NCBI GenBank assembly: GCA_963666985.2
Contig: CAXXIA010000002.1
Location: forward strand, 1,600,001 to 1,664,000
DNA length: 64,000 bases
From: Spirochaetia bacterium
GTDB lineage: Bacteria; Spirochaetota; Spirochaetia; DSM-2461
Direction of reading: 5' to 3'
Part shown: piece after piece, positions 41,643 to 50,612 of the stretch
Layout of the letters: each line of letters starts with the position of its first letter
How positions within the stretch are numbered: position 1 is the stretch's first letter
Position numbers and translations under genes: made by a program
The notes under the pieces: generated by a model
Told to the model about the DNA's origin: nothing
Database searches by the model: none
What the model saw: the letters and a program-made list of their open reading frames with translations, nothing else

Positions 41643-42818
41643 TTAGTTTGGGTTAACATTATTGGAGCGCACATTTTCATTCGTTTCATTTAATTTGGAT
41701 TCGGCGGAATGCCGACGTTTCGCTTTTTGATGAACATAAGAAACAAAATGTCCGATCATCACGGGAACCGTTTTCAGAATAATTCCAAGGTCTTTCCAAA
41801 AAGAAAGATTTTCTCCATATCTGATATCCAATCGAATCATTTCCTTGAACGTCAGAGTATGCTTTCCACCAACCTGCCATGAACCCGTTAATCCCGGAAC
41901 GATATCGAATCGTTTTTTGTGCCAGTGAAGATACAGCTCGGCTTCATCGGGAAGGCACGGACGAGGGCCAACAAGGCTCATATCACCGCCCAGAACATTA
42001 AAAAGCTGAGGAATCTCATCCAAACCCATGGCTCGAAAGAAACCGCCACCGGGAATGAGATGCGGATCCCAATAATCGGTACCCATCGGTGTATTGCCAT
42101 CACGAATGAAACTTAACAAATCGTTATTTGCTTCCTCTTTATTACCATCGAGCTTCATCGTTCGAAATTTAAGAATTTTTATAATACGTCCGCCAAGACC
42201 GACCCGCTCTTCATGCTGAAAAATTGGTCCGGAAGACACACAGATAATGTAGAGAGGAATAAAAAGGAAAAGGGGGAACGAAACAACCAAGCCTAAAACG
42301 CTTACAAAGACATCAAGGTATCTCTTCCATCGCGGAGGTTTCTTGCAAAACATATCCGCAAGTTTGGCATCGTAGGTAGAGTAGTACTCAGGTTCCTCTT
42401 CATCGTCGTCCACAACCATTGTGATATTGCTTATTCTGGGATACATGCTCAAGCCGACGGATTTAACCAATTTAAAATCCGCAGTGGAGTCATGAACATT
42501 TTTAATAAATGCTTGAGCCCCGCTTATGGTTGTATCGGGCAGAAGAATGCCGATTTTTGAGTCCGAATGCCACCCCGCGTAATCGGTAATACGCATGTTT
42601 ATAAATATTGTTGCGAGAAAACGGCGAAACGTATAAAGAGTAACGGCATCAAAGTCAATTTCAATAAAAACCAAACAAAAACGACTTTTGGTTCGATCGG
42701 CCCGCATTCTTTCGTAACGTATGAGCTGGTGGAAGGCGTCGCGTCTAAGCGCGCCTTCCTGGTGGGTGTGCGTTACTTGAAAAGCATTAAGGGGAGTCCA
42801 TCTCGTTTTCTTGCCCAC
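41643..42818 (-). CDS. Second priming phosphoglycosyl transferase with N-terminal degenerate GGDEF-like domain
   Basis: KRYLD, KFRTM, LDEIPQLFNVLGGDMSLVGPRP; N-terminal ERMRADR...RITD...ILLPDT; GTG start uncertain. Confidence 0.88.
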   Translation of the reverse strand: MGKKTRWTPLNAFQVTHTHQEGALRRDAFHQLIRYERMRADRTKSRFCLVFIEIDFDAVTLYTFRRFLATIFINMRITDYAGWHSDSKIGILLPDTTISGAQAFIKNVHDSTADFKLVKSVGLSMYPRISNITMVVDDDEEEPEYYSTYDAKLADMFCKKPPRWKRYLDVFVSVLGLVVSFPLFLFIPLYIICVSSGPIFQHEERVGLGGRIIKILKFRTMKLDGNKEEANNDLLSFIRDGNTPMGTDYWDPHLIPGGGFFRAMGLDEIPQLFNVLGGDMSLVGPRPCLPDEAELYLHWHKKRFDIVPGLTGSWQVGGKHTLTFKEMIRLDIRYGENLSFWKDLGIILKTVPVMIGHFVSYVHQKAKRRHSAESKLNETNENVRSNNVNPN

Positions 42819-43042
42819 AATACCCAGTATAGAACGAATTACGGACTATAAATAGTCGGCCGCGACTCTTTTAATATTGTGACGATCCTCCTTGACTTCG
42901 TAAGAATTTCATGAATGAGGCCGATTTCCTTACCGTCTCATTGACATGCGCAGATGAAGTAGATAACTTTATTCATAGATAGTCGCTTTTTTTTTCCACA
43001 AGTTTTTTTTTTGAAATAAAGCGCGTTACTTTAAGGTTCATA

Positions 43043-43525
43043 ATGAACGGGAAGAATCGTAAACTCCTAGCTCACCTCAATGCTCTCGGCCTGTATACGG
43101 AGAAAGAATTCTATCGTATTCATGATTATGAGAAACTCCGCTCCGACAGAAACGGTATGCAATTCTCTTATATTATTCTCAATCTCGATACTAAGGCTAT
43201 TCCTTTGCGATCAGTCAAAAAACTGATAATGGGCATCCTCGGACAACTCCGCATTATCGACCATATCGGTTTGAGCGGGACGGATCGTATCGGTATTCTC
43301 CTTCCCGGTACCGAAAAAAGCGGCGCTTTGGGTTTCCTGAAGAATATTAATCATCTCCTTTCGGAGTTCCCTGGAATTTCCGTTGATGACATTATAACCT
43401 ATCCGGAACCCCAAGCTCTGATGACGGCAGTATCGGCATCCGTGGCTTCCGCAGCCATAGTGGAATCGTCCGATACCGCTGAAGCGGAGGAAGTCGTCAT
43501 TATCCCCTTTGAAATAAGCAAGTAG
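43043..43525 (+). CDS. Stand-alone degenerate GGDEF-like protein
   Basis: GLYTEKEF...EKLRSDR...RIID-HIGLS-GTDRI-GILLPGT...TYP; aligns with the N-termini of both sugar transferases. Confidence 0.7.
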   Translation: MNGKNRKLLAHLNALGLYTEKEFYRIHDYEKLRSDRNGMQFSYIILNLDTKAIPLRSVKKLIMGILGQLRIIDHIGLSGTDRIGILLPGTEKSGALGFLKNINHLLSEFPGISVDDIITYPEPQALMTAVSASVASAAIVESSDTAEAEEVVIIPFEISK

Positions 43526-43577
43526 TTCCACAGCAAGAGAAACAAGACCTTTACGGTCGGAGAACGGGACTGCTAAT

Positions 43578-44819
43578 ATGGCCGTAATGAATAAACTTCC
43601 CACTCTCACAGAACCGATTGAAACACCGGATAAACCAAAAAGTATTATAGATATCCTTCTTAAATACCTCATAATGCTCTGGCGTTACCGCGTGTTGATG
43701 GGAATTATCACAGCCTCGGGAACCTTCGTCGTTTTTACATTCTGCCTGCTTACCAAACTGCTGCCGCCGGAGATCAATCCTATGCCGAATCAATATACGG
43801 CCCAAGCGGTTCTCCTTGTCGATCGAGACAGTTCCGGCGGAGGGATCGGTTCCATTTTAGCCAGTTACGGTATGAATCTCGGCTTAGGATCATCTTCCGG
43901 CGGTAATAATATCGACCTGATTCTGACCATCTTGGACAGCCGTCCTTTTCTCGACCTTTTGGTGGAAGAATTTGATATTATCAACGAGAGAAGAATCAAA
44001 CTCGACCCAAAAACGAATTCCCGTCTAATAATTCAGAACATGTCCTCTCATTGGTATGATAAAACTTCAAATACGCTTACTTTAAGCTGTACCCACACAG
44101 ATCCGGAGTATGCGGCCGATTTCGTTAACAGACAGATTGAACTTCTCGAACAATGGTATACGCAATTCGGCGGACAGCGCGCCGAAAAGGATCTTCACCT
44201 CCTCGAGGTTCAGCTGGCCAACCAGGAAGGCCAAATAGCCCGGCTTGAAGATGAAATTAAAAAATTTCAACAGGAAAACAACACCATTTCGATCGAAGAT
44301 TTGGCCGCTCTTCAAGCGAAAATGATTGGCGATCTTCGAACCCAAATAACCCAGATTGATTTACAAATTCAAACGGCCCAGCAGTTTTCACAAGCCGCGA
44401 TTGAAAGCGAAAGCCTCATCAACTTAAGACTCCAGCGCAACAATCTGAACTATATGATTTCACAGTTGGAAAAAGGATATTCCGGCGGTGTAAAAATCAT
44501 GCCTTCGGCGGAAGAACTTCCGGACCTGGCCATCAAATATACAAAACTCCGTCAGGAAGCGGAGATTCAAGCAACTGTCTACCAAAAACTTCGGGAACAA
44601 TACGAAATAGCCAATCTCAATCAGGAACGAGCCGAAGCGTTCTCCGTGATGGAATATGCGGAAGTTCCCGAGTTAAAAGACTCTCCCCGCCGTTCGGTGA
44701 TTGTTGTCGGAGGCTTCTTCGTTTCTCTGCTCATCAGCATCCTCGTCGCATTCATTCTGGAATATTCGGGTCAAGTCATCGATATAATCAAGGAGAAAAT
44801 CAAGAATGAACAATCGTAA
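43578..44819 (+). CDS. Polysaccharide co-polymerase / chain-length determinant (Wzz/GumC-like, no kinase domain)
   Basis: TM-YTAQAVLL...coiled coil...EYAEVPELKDSPRRS-TM. Confidence 0.85.
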   Translation: MAVMNKLPTLTEPIETPDKPKSIIDILLKYLIMLWRYRVLMGIITASGTFVVFTFCLLTKLLPPEINPMPNQYTAQAVLLVDRDSSGGGIGSILASYGMNLGLGSSSGGNNIDLILTILDSRPFLDLLVEEFDIINERRIKLDPKTNSRLIIQNMSSHWYDKTSNTLTLSCTHTDPEYAADFVNRQIELLEQWYTQFGGQRAEKDLHLLEVQLANQEGQIARLEDEIKKFQQENNTISIEDLAALQAKMIGDLRTQITQIDLQIQTAQQFSQAAIESESLINLRLQRNNLNYMISQLEKGYSGGVKIMPSAEELPDLAIKYTKLRQEAEIQATVYQKLREQYEIANLNQERAEAFSVMEYAEVPELKDSPRRSVIVVGGFFVSLLISILVAFILEYSGQVIDIIKEKIKNEQS

Positions 44820-46314
44820 ACCACTATTACTTCTCTCCCTGATACTCCTCGGGGGTTTTGCCTGGGGGCAGGCTACTCCCGGAACCGACGAACAGGCCAA
44901 TTCGCCCAGCAGCGACCAAATGACGGCCATGGCTCTCGCCGATTCAACTTATCCGGTTACGCCCGGCGACCAATACAGCCTCTCTTTCTCCTTTCGCGGT
45001 CAGATGCAAGACGTTCCCATTTCCGTAACCACCGATTACCGTCTCGATCTTGGAATTTTCGGATCGGTTGAAGCCGACGGCTTAACATTCCCTGAACTTA
45101 AAACTCTCGCCGAACAGACGGTCAACGGGTTCTATCCGGGAAGCCACCCTCAGCTCACCATTGAAAGCATCGGTGAATTCCAAGTCAGTATCTTCATGGA
45201 AGGCAAAGGACCCGTTTCCATCAATGCCAGCGGATTAACCCGGCTTAAGGACGTCATCGACAATCTTGTTCCCGATGATGAATACTCTCAGCGGAAAATC
45301 CTCATTACAAACCGTTCCGGTGAGAGTTCCTATTACGACTACTATCGGTATCTTTACCGTCACGAAGAACGATCTAATCCCCACCTTCAGCCGGGCCAAA
45401 GAGTTCATTTCTCTTATTCGGATCTTGTTGTTGAGATTACCGGCGCGGTCCGGGAACCAAAGACAATCTCCATAATTGCCCGGGATACGATGGACTCAAT
45501 CATTTCCTATGTCGGAGGATTCACACAGGAAGCCGACCGATCCCGTATTCAAAAATGGCAAATCGTCGAGGGCGAGCAGATTTACAGTCTCCACGAATGG
45601 GGCGACAAGGAACTGCTGACCGCACGTTCAAGCCATCTGCGGATTAACGTCCCCGCCCGGGGAGAAACCCGTAAGGTTATGACCGTCGAAATCAATACGC
45701 CGGCGATAGATAATGACGATGATGATGTAACAATGTACGACGAAGTTCAGGGCGAGTCGGTTACGGGTGAATACATTCGTCTTACAATACCGGTATTCGA
45801 AGGTATGCTGGTTTCAGACGTACTGGAAGAAGTAAAACCCTACTTCACGCATATGACCGATCTTCGTTTCAGCAGTATTGTCCGCGAAGGCGAAGAAGAG
45901 CCCCTTCACGTTAATCTGGAAGATGTTCTCAACACCTCGGGCAGTCCTTATAACATAACGGTTAAGCCTAACGACATTCTGGGCATCCCAGCACGAATGG
46001 TATTCGTTTCGGTCTCGGGCGGCGTCTATGTTCCCGGCCGTTATTACTACACACCGATGAGAACCGCCGATTATTACATCACCATGGCCGGGGGTATCGA
46101 TCCCGAACAAAATTCCCATAGAAACATCGTGGTATATGATGAAACGGGAAACCAGAAAGACCGAAAGGCGTTAATAAAACCGGGCGACAATATCGTCGTC
46201 GTTCAAGACAACATGGTTTTTCAGTTTAACGAGAAATTTGCGGCCGTTACCACTGGACTGACATTCATCACGACTTTGACTCTTCTGATAACAACACTTG
46301 CCGGCGGACTTTAG
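44806..46314 (+). CDS. Polysaccharide export protein with SLBB domains (Wza/OPX-like)
   Basis: Signal peptide, YPVTPGD, VEITGAVREP, VSGGVYVPG...YITMAGG, C-terminal hydrophobic helix. Confidence 0.82.
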   Translation: MNNRKPLLLLSLILLGGFAWGQATPGTDEQANSPSSDQMTAMALADSTYPVTPGDQYSLSFSFRGQMQDVPISVTTDYRLDLGIFGSVEADGLTFPELKTLAEQTVNGFYPGSHPQLTIESIGEFQVSIFMEGKGPVSINASGLTRLKDVIDNLVPDDEYSQRKILITNRSGESSYYDYYRYLYRHEERSNPHLQPGQRVHFSYSDLVVEITGAVREPKTISIIARDTMDSIISYVGGFTQEADRSRIQKWQIVEGEQIYSLHEWGDKELLTARSSHLRINVPARGETRKVMTVEINTPAIDNDDDDVTMYDEVQGESVTGEYIRLTIPVFEGMLVSDVLEEVKPYFTHMTDLRFSSIVREGEEEPLHVNLEDVLNTSGSPYNITVKPNDILGIPARMVFVSVSGGVYVPGRYYYTPMRTADYYITMAGGIDPEQNSHRNIVVYDETGNQKDRKALIKPGDNIVVVQDNMVFQFNEKFAAVTTGLTFITTLTLLITTLAGGL

Positions 46315-46927
46315 ATTTCTTCGTTTCGAATCGATAATAAACACCGATTTTCATCTCCGTGAAGGGCACAATAACGTCGTAACTCGTCCTGAAGCGTTTC
46401 TGAACACCGCTGCCGGTATCGTACCAGCGATAACTGAGATCCAACCTTAACACGTCCATCGTCGCCCGAAGCGATAGGAACTCCGTCGGATTAATTTCAA
46501 CCATCAGCGGCCAAGCGGCGGATAGAGCCAAGGTAACATCCAGATCATACGTCGGATCGGTTACCGCCCAGCGTGTATCCAAACCGGTGGAAACTCCTGT
46601 CGCGAAACGAAAATGTTGTGTTCGGAACAAATGAAAATTGACATCGAATCCGCCCCCAAAAGTCACATAGCGCTCCAAAAGGCTGTCACCATCCTTTTCC
46701 GTTTCAATTGCGAAAACAGCAAAGGGAACATATTCCCGAAGTTCGCTTTTCATAATTGAAAATGACGGGGTTAGCTCAAGAGATAAATCTCGAGCTTTGT
46801 AACCGTCCATTGTAACATCCGTGATATTGTATAAATACGCTTCCAGCCCCGCTCCGTAAGTGGGGTATTCCGCCCAAAGACCAGCTGTAAGTAAAATCAG
46901 TAATGCTGATAAAAAAAACCTTTTCAT
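46268..46927 (-). CDS. Exported protein, probable outer-membrane beta-barrel
   Basis: Signal peptide MKRFFLSALLILLTAGLWA, amphipathic strands, IGVYYRF near C-terminus. Confidence 0.55.
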   Translation of the reverse strand: MKRFFLSALLILLTAGLWAEYPTYGAGLEAYLYNITDVTMDGYKARDLSLELTPSFSIMKSELREYVPFAVFAIETEKDGDSLLERYVTFGGGFDVNFHLFRTQHFRFATGVSTGLDTRWAVTDPTYDLDVTLALSAAWPLMVEINPTEFLSLRATMDVLRLDLSYRWYDTGSGVQKRFRTSYDVIVPFTEMKIGVYYRFETKKSKVRRQVLLSEESKS

Positions 46928-46962
46928 ATTCCCTCTCTCCATGGAATCTCTTCCGGAGTCGC

Positions 46963-46984
46963 AGTATGTTATAGATAACATACT
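46963..46984. promoter_or_regulatory. Perfect 10-bp inverted repeat, candidate operator
   Basis: AGTATGTTAT-AG-ATAACATACT in a divergent intergenic region. Confidence 0.45.
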
Positions 46985-47101
46985 TTGGCACTAGCTAAAA
47001 ATCATTCCATGTTGTCAGAAGTCTATAAAAAACGACCATATTCCTCGGTTAATTCGTGGATCTCGTGGTAATCTCTGTCAATGGAATAACAGGAGATATC
47101 A

Positions 47102-47737
47102 TTGAAGATACTTGATATTCAAGAACTGGAAATTAGAGACATCAAAGTAATACGGTTCGCCAGATTCTGCGACAATCGCGGCTACTTCACCGAACCATTT
47201 CGCCGAAGTCAATTCGATCAGGAAGTTCCCTTTCTAAAAGAACAATCCTTCGTTCAGGCCAATGAAAGCTATTCGGTTGCCGGTGTGGTCCGCGGACTCC
47301 ATTTTCAATGGAATCCCTATATGGGAAAACTGGTACGAACCGTCCAGGGACGCATGGTTGATCTCTTCCTTGATATACGAAAAGGTTCCCCAACTTACGG
47401 TAAGGCGGCGGCCTATGATGTGAAAGGAAATCCCGCGGACGAGTATGCCGAATGGATCTGGATTCCACCGGGATTCGCTCACGGAAATTTCTTTACGGAA
47501 AATACAATGATTGAATATTTCTGTACGGGCGAATACAGTCCGGGGTGTGAAGCCGGGATTTCTCCTCTTTCAAAAGATATCGACTGGTCACTCTGTGAGG
47601 ATTCCTTGAAAAATGAATTCGATTCTCTTACCTCTGGTAATGCCGTAATGTCGGAGAAAGATCGAAACGGCCTTTCCCTCGCCCAATGGACATCGGATGA
47701 AAGATCCGATAATTTTCTTTACGAGAATCTTAAATGA
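47102..47737 (+). CDS. rmlC: dTDP-4-dehydrorhamnose 3,5-epimerase family protein
   Basis: DNRGYFTE, VVRGLHFQ, KLVR, DIRKGSPTYG, IPPGFAHG. Confidence 0.85.
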   Translation: MKILDIQELEIRDIKVIRFARFCDNRGYFTEPFRRSQFDQEVPFLKEQSFVQANESYSVAGVVRGLHFQWNPYMGKLVRTVQGRMVDLFLDIRKGSPTYGKAAAYDVKGNPADEYAEWIWIPPGFAHGNFFTENTMIEYFCTGEYSPGCEAGISPLSKDIDWSLCEDSLKNEFDSLTSGNAVMSEKDRNGLSLAQWTSDERSDNFLYENLK

Positions 47738-48459
47738 TCAACACGGCGCAAATACTTATTACAGGCGGCTCCGGACTCCTCGGCGGAGAATTAAAAAAAA
47801 ATCTTCCCGAAGCACTTTTCCCCACTCATGAAGAATTCAACGTGGAAAACCCCGACCGCATGGATTCCTACATCGCCGGCCGGGATATCAAACTGATCCT
47901 CCATGCCGCCGCTTTTACTTCCCCTCCCCGCATTAATGAGAATCCTGAAAACGCCTTAAAAGCAAACATCATCGGAACGGCCAACGTCACCGGTCTCTGC
48001 ATGCGGCGCAACATCCGGCTGGTTTACATCAGTACGGATTACGTTTTTTCAGGAGACAAAGGATCTTATGCCGAGAACGATCCGGTCCTTCCCGTGAATA
48101 AATATGCCTGGTCCAAACTCGGCGGCGAATGCGCCGTTCAAATGCACGACGACTCCATGATTATCAGAACATCTTTCGGTGAAAATCAATTTCCGTACGA
48201 AAAGGCTTTTATCGATCAATGGACCAGTCGGCAGTCCGTTACGGAAGTTGCAAAAAAAATTACATCGTTACTGCAGCATACGGATTATCGCGGTGTTATC
48301 CATGTCGGCGGTCCGCGAAGAACCGTGTATGAATATGCTTTATCCGTTGCTCAAGGAAAAAAAATCGGCGAACTCTCCGTTAAGGATGTTTCCTTCACGG
48401 TCCCCGTTGATACATCATTCGATATCAGTCGTTTCCTGGAACTTACGAACCGGGATTAA
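47734..48459 (+). CDS. RmlD-like NDP-4-keto-sugar reductase (short form)
   Basis: ITGGSGLLG, HAAAFT, YISTDYVF, YAWSK. Confidence 0.8.
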   Translation: MINTAQILITGGSGLLGGELKKNLPEALFPTHEEFNVENPDRMDSYIAGRDIKLILHAAAFTSPPRINENPENALKANIIGTANVTGLCMRRNIRLVYISTDYVFSGDKGSYAENDPVLPVNKYAWSKLGGECAVQMHDDSMIIRTSFGENQFPYEKAFIDQWTSRQSVTEVAKKITSLLQHTDYRGVIHVGGPRRTVYEYALSVAQGKKIGELSVKDVSFTVPVDTSFDISRFLELTNRD

Positions 48460-48473
48460 TAAAGGAAGTCATT

Positions 48474-49427
48474 ATGAAAATACTCGTCGCCGGCGGAGCC
48501 GGATACATTGGAAGCATGCTCGTACCTTATCTCCTCGATCATGGCTATGAGGTTGAAGTCATCGACCTTCTTTGGTTTGGAAACTATCTTCCCGATTCTG
48601 TTAAAGTCGTTAAAAAGGATCTATTCGAATGCCGTGTTGAAGATTTTCAGGGATTCGATCAGGTTATCTTCCTTGCGGGGTTGTCGAACGATCCCATGGC
48701 GGAATTTAATCCATCGATGAATTTCGTCCATAACGGCGCTTTACCTTCCTACTTGGCCTACCTGGCGAAACTGGCCGGAGTAAAACGCTTCATTTACGGA
48801 TCCTCCTGTTCCGTATACGGATATACCGTAAATGAGCTTTATGATGAGGAAGCACCTGTAATTTCCGGTTATCCGTATGGAATTTCCAAACTCCAGGGAG
48901 AACGAGGTGTTCTCCAGATGAACGATGAAGGCTTTTCCACCATCGCGTTAAGAAAGGGAACCGTCAGCGGATACAGCCCGCGCATGCGATTGGATTTGAT
49001 TGTTAACACCATGTATAAAAGCGCTATAAAAGACGGAGTAATAACCGTTAACAATCCATCGATTTGGCGGCCGATTTTGGATATCCGGGATGCCGTCAGA
49101 GGATATCTTCGCGCCGTACAGGCGGATTATTCCATCCATGGCGTATTCAATATCACTTCGGATAACTACACCGTCGGACAGGTCGGAGATTTGGTTAAAG
49201 AAGAACTCGAAGAACTCGGTATCTCCGTGAAGATTAATATTAAATCCATTCAGGATTTCCGGAACTATAAAGTTACAAACGCAAAAGCCAGAACCATTTT
49301 GGGGTATGAAGCGAAGTTCACAATTTCGGATATCGTCCGGGAACTTCACAATAAAAAAGAAGAATTCTCCGATTTCGACGATGATCGATTCTATAACATT
49401 AGACAATTTAAAAAACTGGGTCTGTAG
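48474..49427 (+). CDS. NAD-dependent epimerase/dehydratase (extended SDR)
   Basis: GGAGYIG, LAGLSNDP, SSCSVYG, YGISK. Confidence 0.88.
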   Translation: MKILVAGGAGYIGSMLVPYLLDHGYEVEVIDLLWFGNYLPDSVKVVKKDLFECRVEDFQGFDQVIFLAGLSNDPMAEFNPSMNFVHNGALPSYLAYLAKLAGVKRFIYGSSCSVYGYTVNELYDEEAPVISGYPYGISKLQGERGVLQMNDEGFSTIALRKGTVSGYSPRMRLDLIVNTMYKSAIKDGVITVNNPSIWRPILDIRDAVRGYLRAVQADYSIHGVFNITSDNYTVGQVGDLVKEELEELGISVKINIKSIQDFRNYKVTNAKARTILGYEAKFTISDIVRELHNKKEEFSDFDDDRFYNIRQFKKLGL

Positions 49428-49430
49428 ATT

Positions 49431-50387
49431 ATGGCAAAATACGATATCAGCATCATCGTCGTTGCCTGGAACGTTAAAGAGCTCCTTATCGAGTGTTTTG
49501 ACGCCTTACGGGCCTCTACAGATACGCTGAAAAAGCAAATCCTTTTAGTTGATAACGGCTCGGTAGACGGTTCCGCGGATTTTATCGAAGAGCATTATCC
49601 CGAAGTAACAGTCATTCGAAGCCCGACGAACCTTGGTTTTATTCGAGCAAACAACCTTGCATACAAACAAGCCGAAGGCGAATACATCCTGATGCTGAAT
49701 TCCGATGCATTTGTATATCCGGATTCACTACAGACCGTTTACGACTTTATGGAAAAAACTCCCGAATGCGGAGTAACCGGTGCCAGACTTATCGGGCGTG
49801 ACGGCGTACTTCAGCCTTCCGCCCGATACTTTCCGACACCATTTAAATTGTTTTTACAAAAATGCGGATTAGACGGAAAGTTTCCTTTCGTCGGCCCGTT
49901 GGATGATCTTTCCTGGGATCATCAGTCGATCCGAGAATGTGACTGGGTTGTTGGTTGCTTTCTTCTTACACGGAAAAGGCTCGTAGATCAAATGGGATTC
50001 TTTCTCCGCGAAGACTACTTTATGTATAACGATGATAATGATCTTTGCTTAAGGATAAAAAAACTTGGATATAAAGTTTTCTTTATACCTGTAGATGTTA
50101 TCCATGTCGGCGGAGCGAATGTTATAAAAATGAAACAGACGAGAGGTACGGATAATCAGGTTTTAGAATACCAAATTGAAAGCCAAATTATCTATTTTCG
50201 AAAAAATTATTCATTGTTCAAAACATTTTCCAATATATTTTTTACCCAACTGTTTTACATGGCCGTTCTTTTAAAATGCTTACTTACACTTCGCTTCCGT
50301 AGAATTTCTACAGATATTTGGCCTAAAGTTCTGTTGGTAAATCGCATTTTTAGAAAAACCGGTTTCGGGCAATATTCTATTCATTAA
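49431..50387 (+). CDS. Glycosyltransferase family 2 (rhamnosyltransferase-like)
   Basis: VDNGSVDGS, NLGFIRANN, LNSD, FMYNDDNDLC. Confidence 0.88.
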   Translation: MAKYDISIIVVAWNVKELLIECFDALRASTDTLKKQILLVDNGSVDGSADFIEEHYPEVTVIRSPTNLGFIRANNLAYKQAEGEYILMLNSDAFVYPDSLQTVYDFMEKTPECGVTGARLIGRDGVLQPSARYFPTPFKLFLQKCGLDGKFPFVGPLDDLSWDHQSIRECDWVVGCFLLTRKRLVDQMGFFLREDYFMYNDDNDLCLRIKKLGYKVFFIPVDVIHVGGANVIKMKQTRGTDNQVLEYQIESQIIYFRKNYSLFKTFSNIFFTQLFYMAVLLKCLLTLRFRRISTDIWPKVLLVNRIFRKTGFGQYSIH

Positions 50388-50612
50388 AATTATTTTATCT
50401 CATGCTGAAAATTTAGAAGAACCAATAAATAACTAATTGCACGTTAACAAGAATTTTTTACATATCCACTTTTTGTTTCTATAAACATTAATCCATGGTA
50501 TATTATCAGGACTGTTAAGTTTTTAGTTCCTATTATACTTATATATAATATTTTTGCGGCTGGGTAATTAATTATATTTCAAACTATCAACATATTATAA
50601 AGGTTAATAATA

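Noticed and set aside
31259..43525. Active diguanylate cyclases
   Set aside because: All three GGDEF-like domains lack the GG[D/E]EF motif and the substrate/metal-binding segment
46985..47000. TTGGCAC on the plus strand as a sigma54 -24 element
   Set aside because: No TTGC at the -12 position
46993..47009. Possible third sigma54 promoter TGGAAT...TTAGC on the minus strand
   Set aside because: GG-to-GC spacing is 11 nt instead of the strict 10, and no enhancer palindrome at the matching offset
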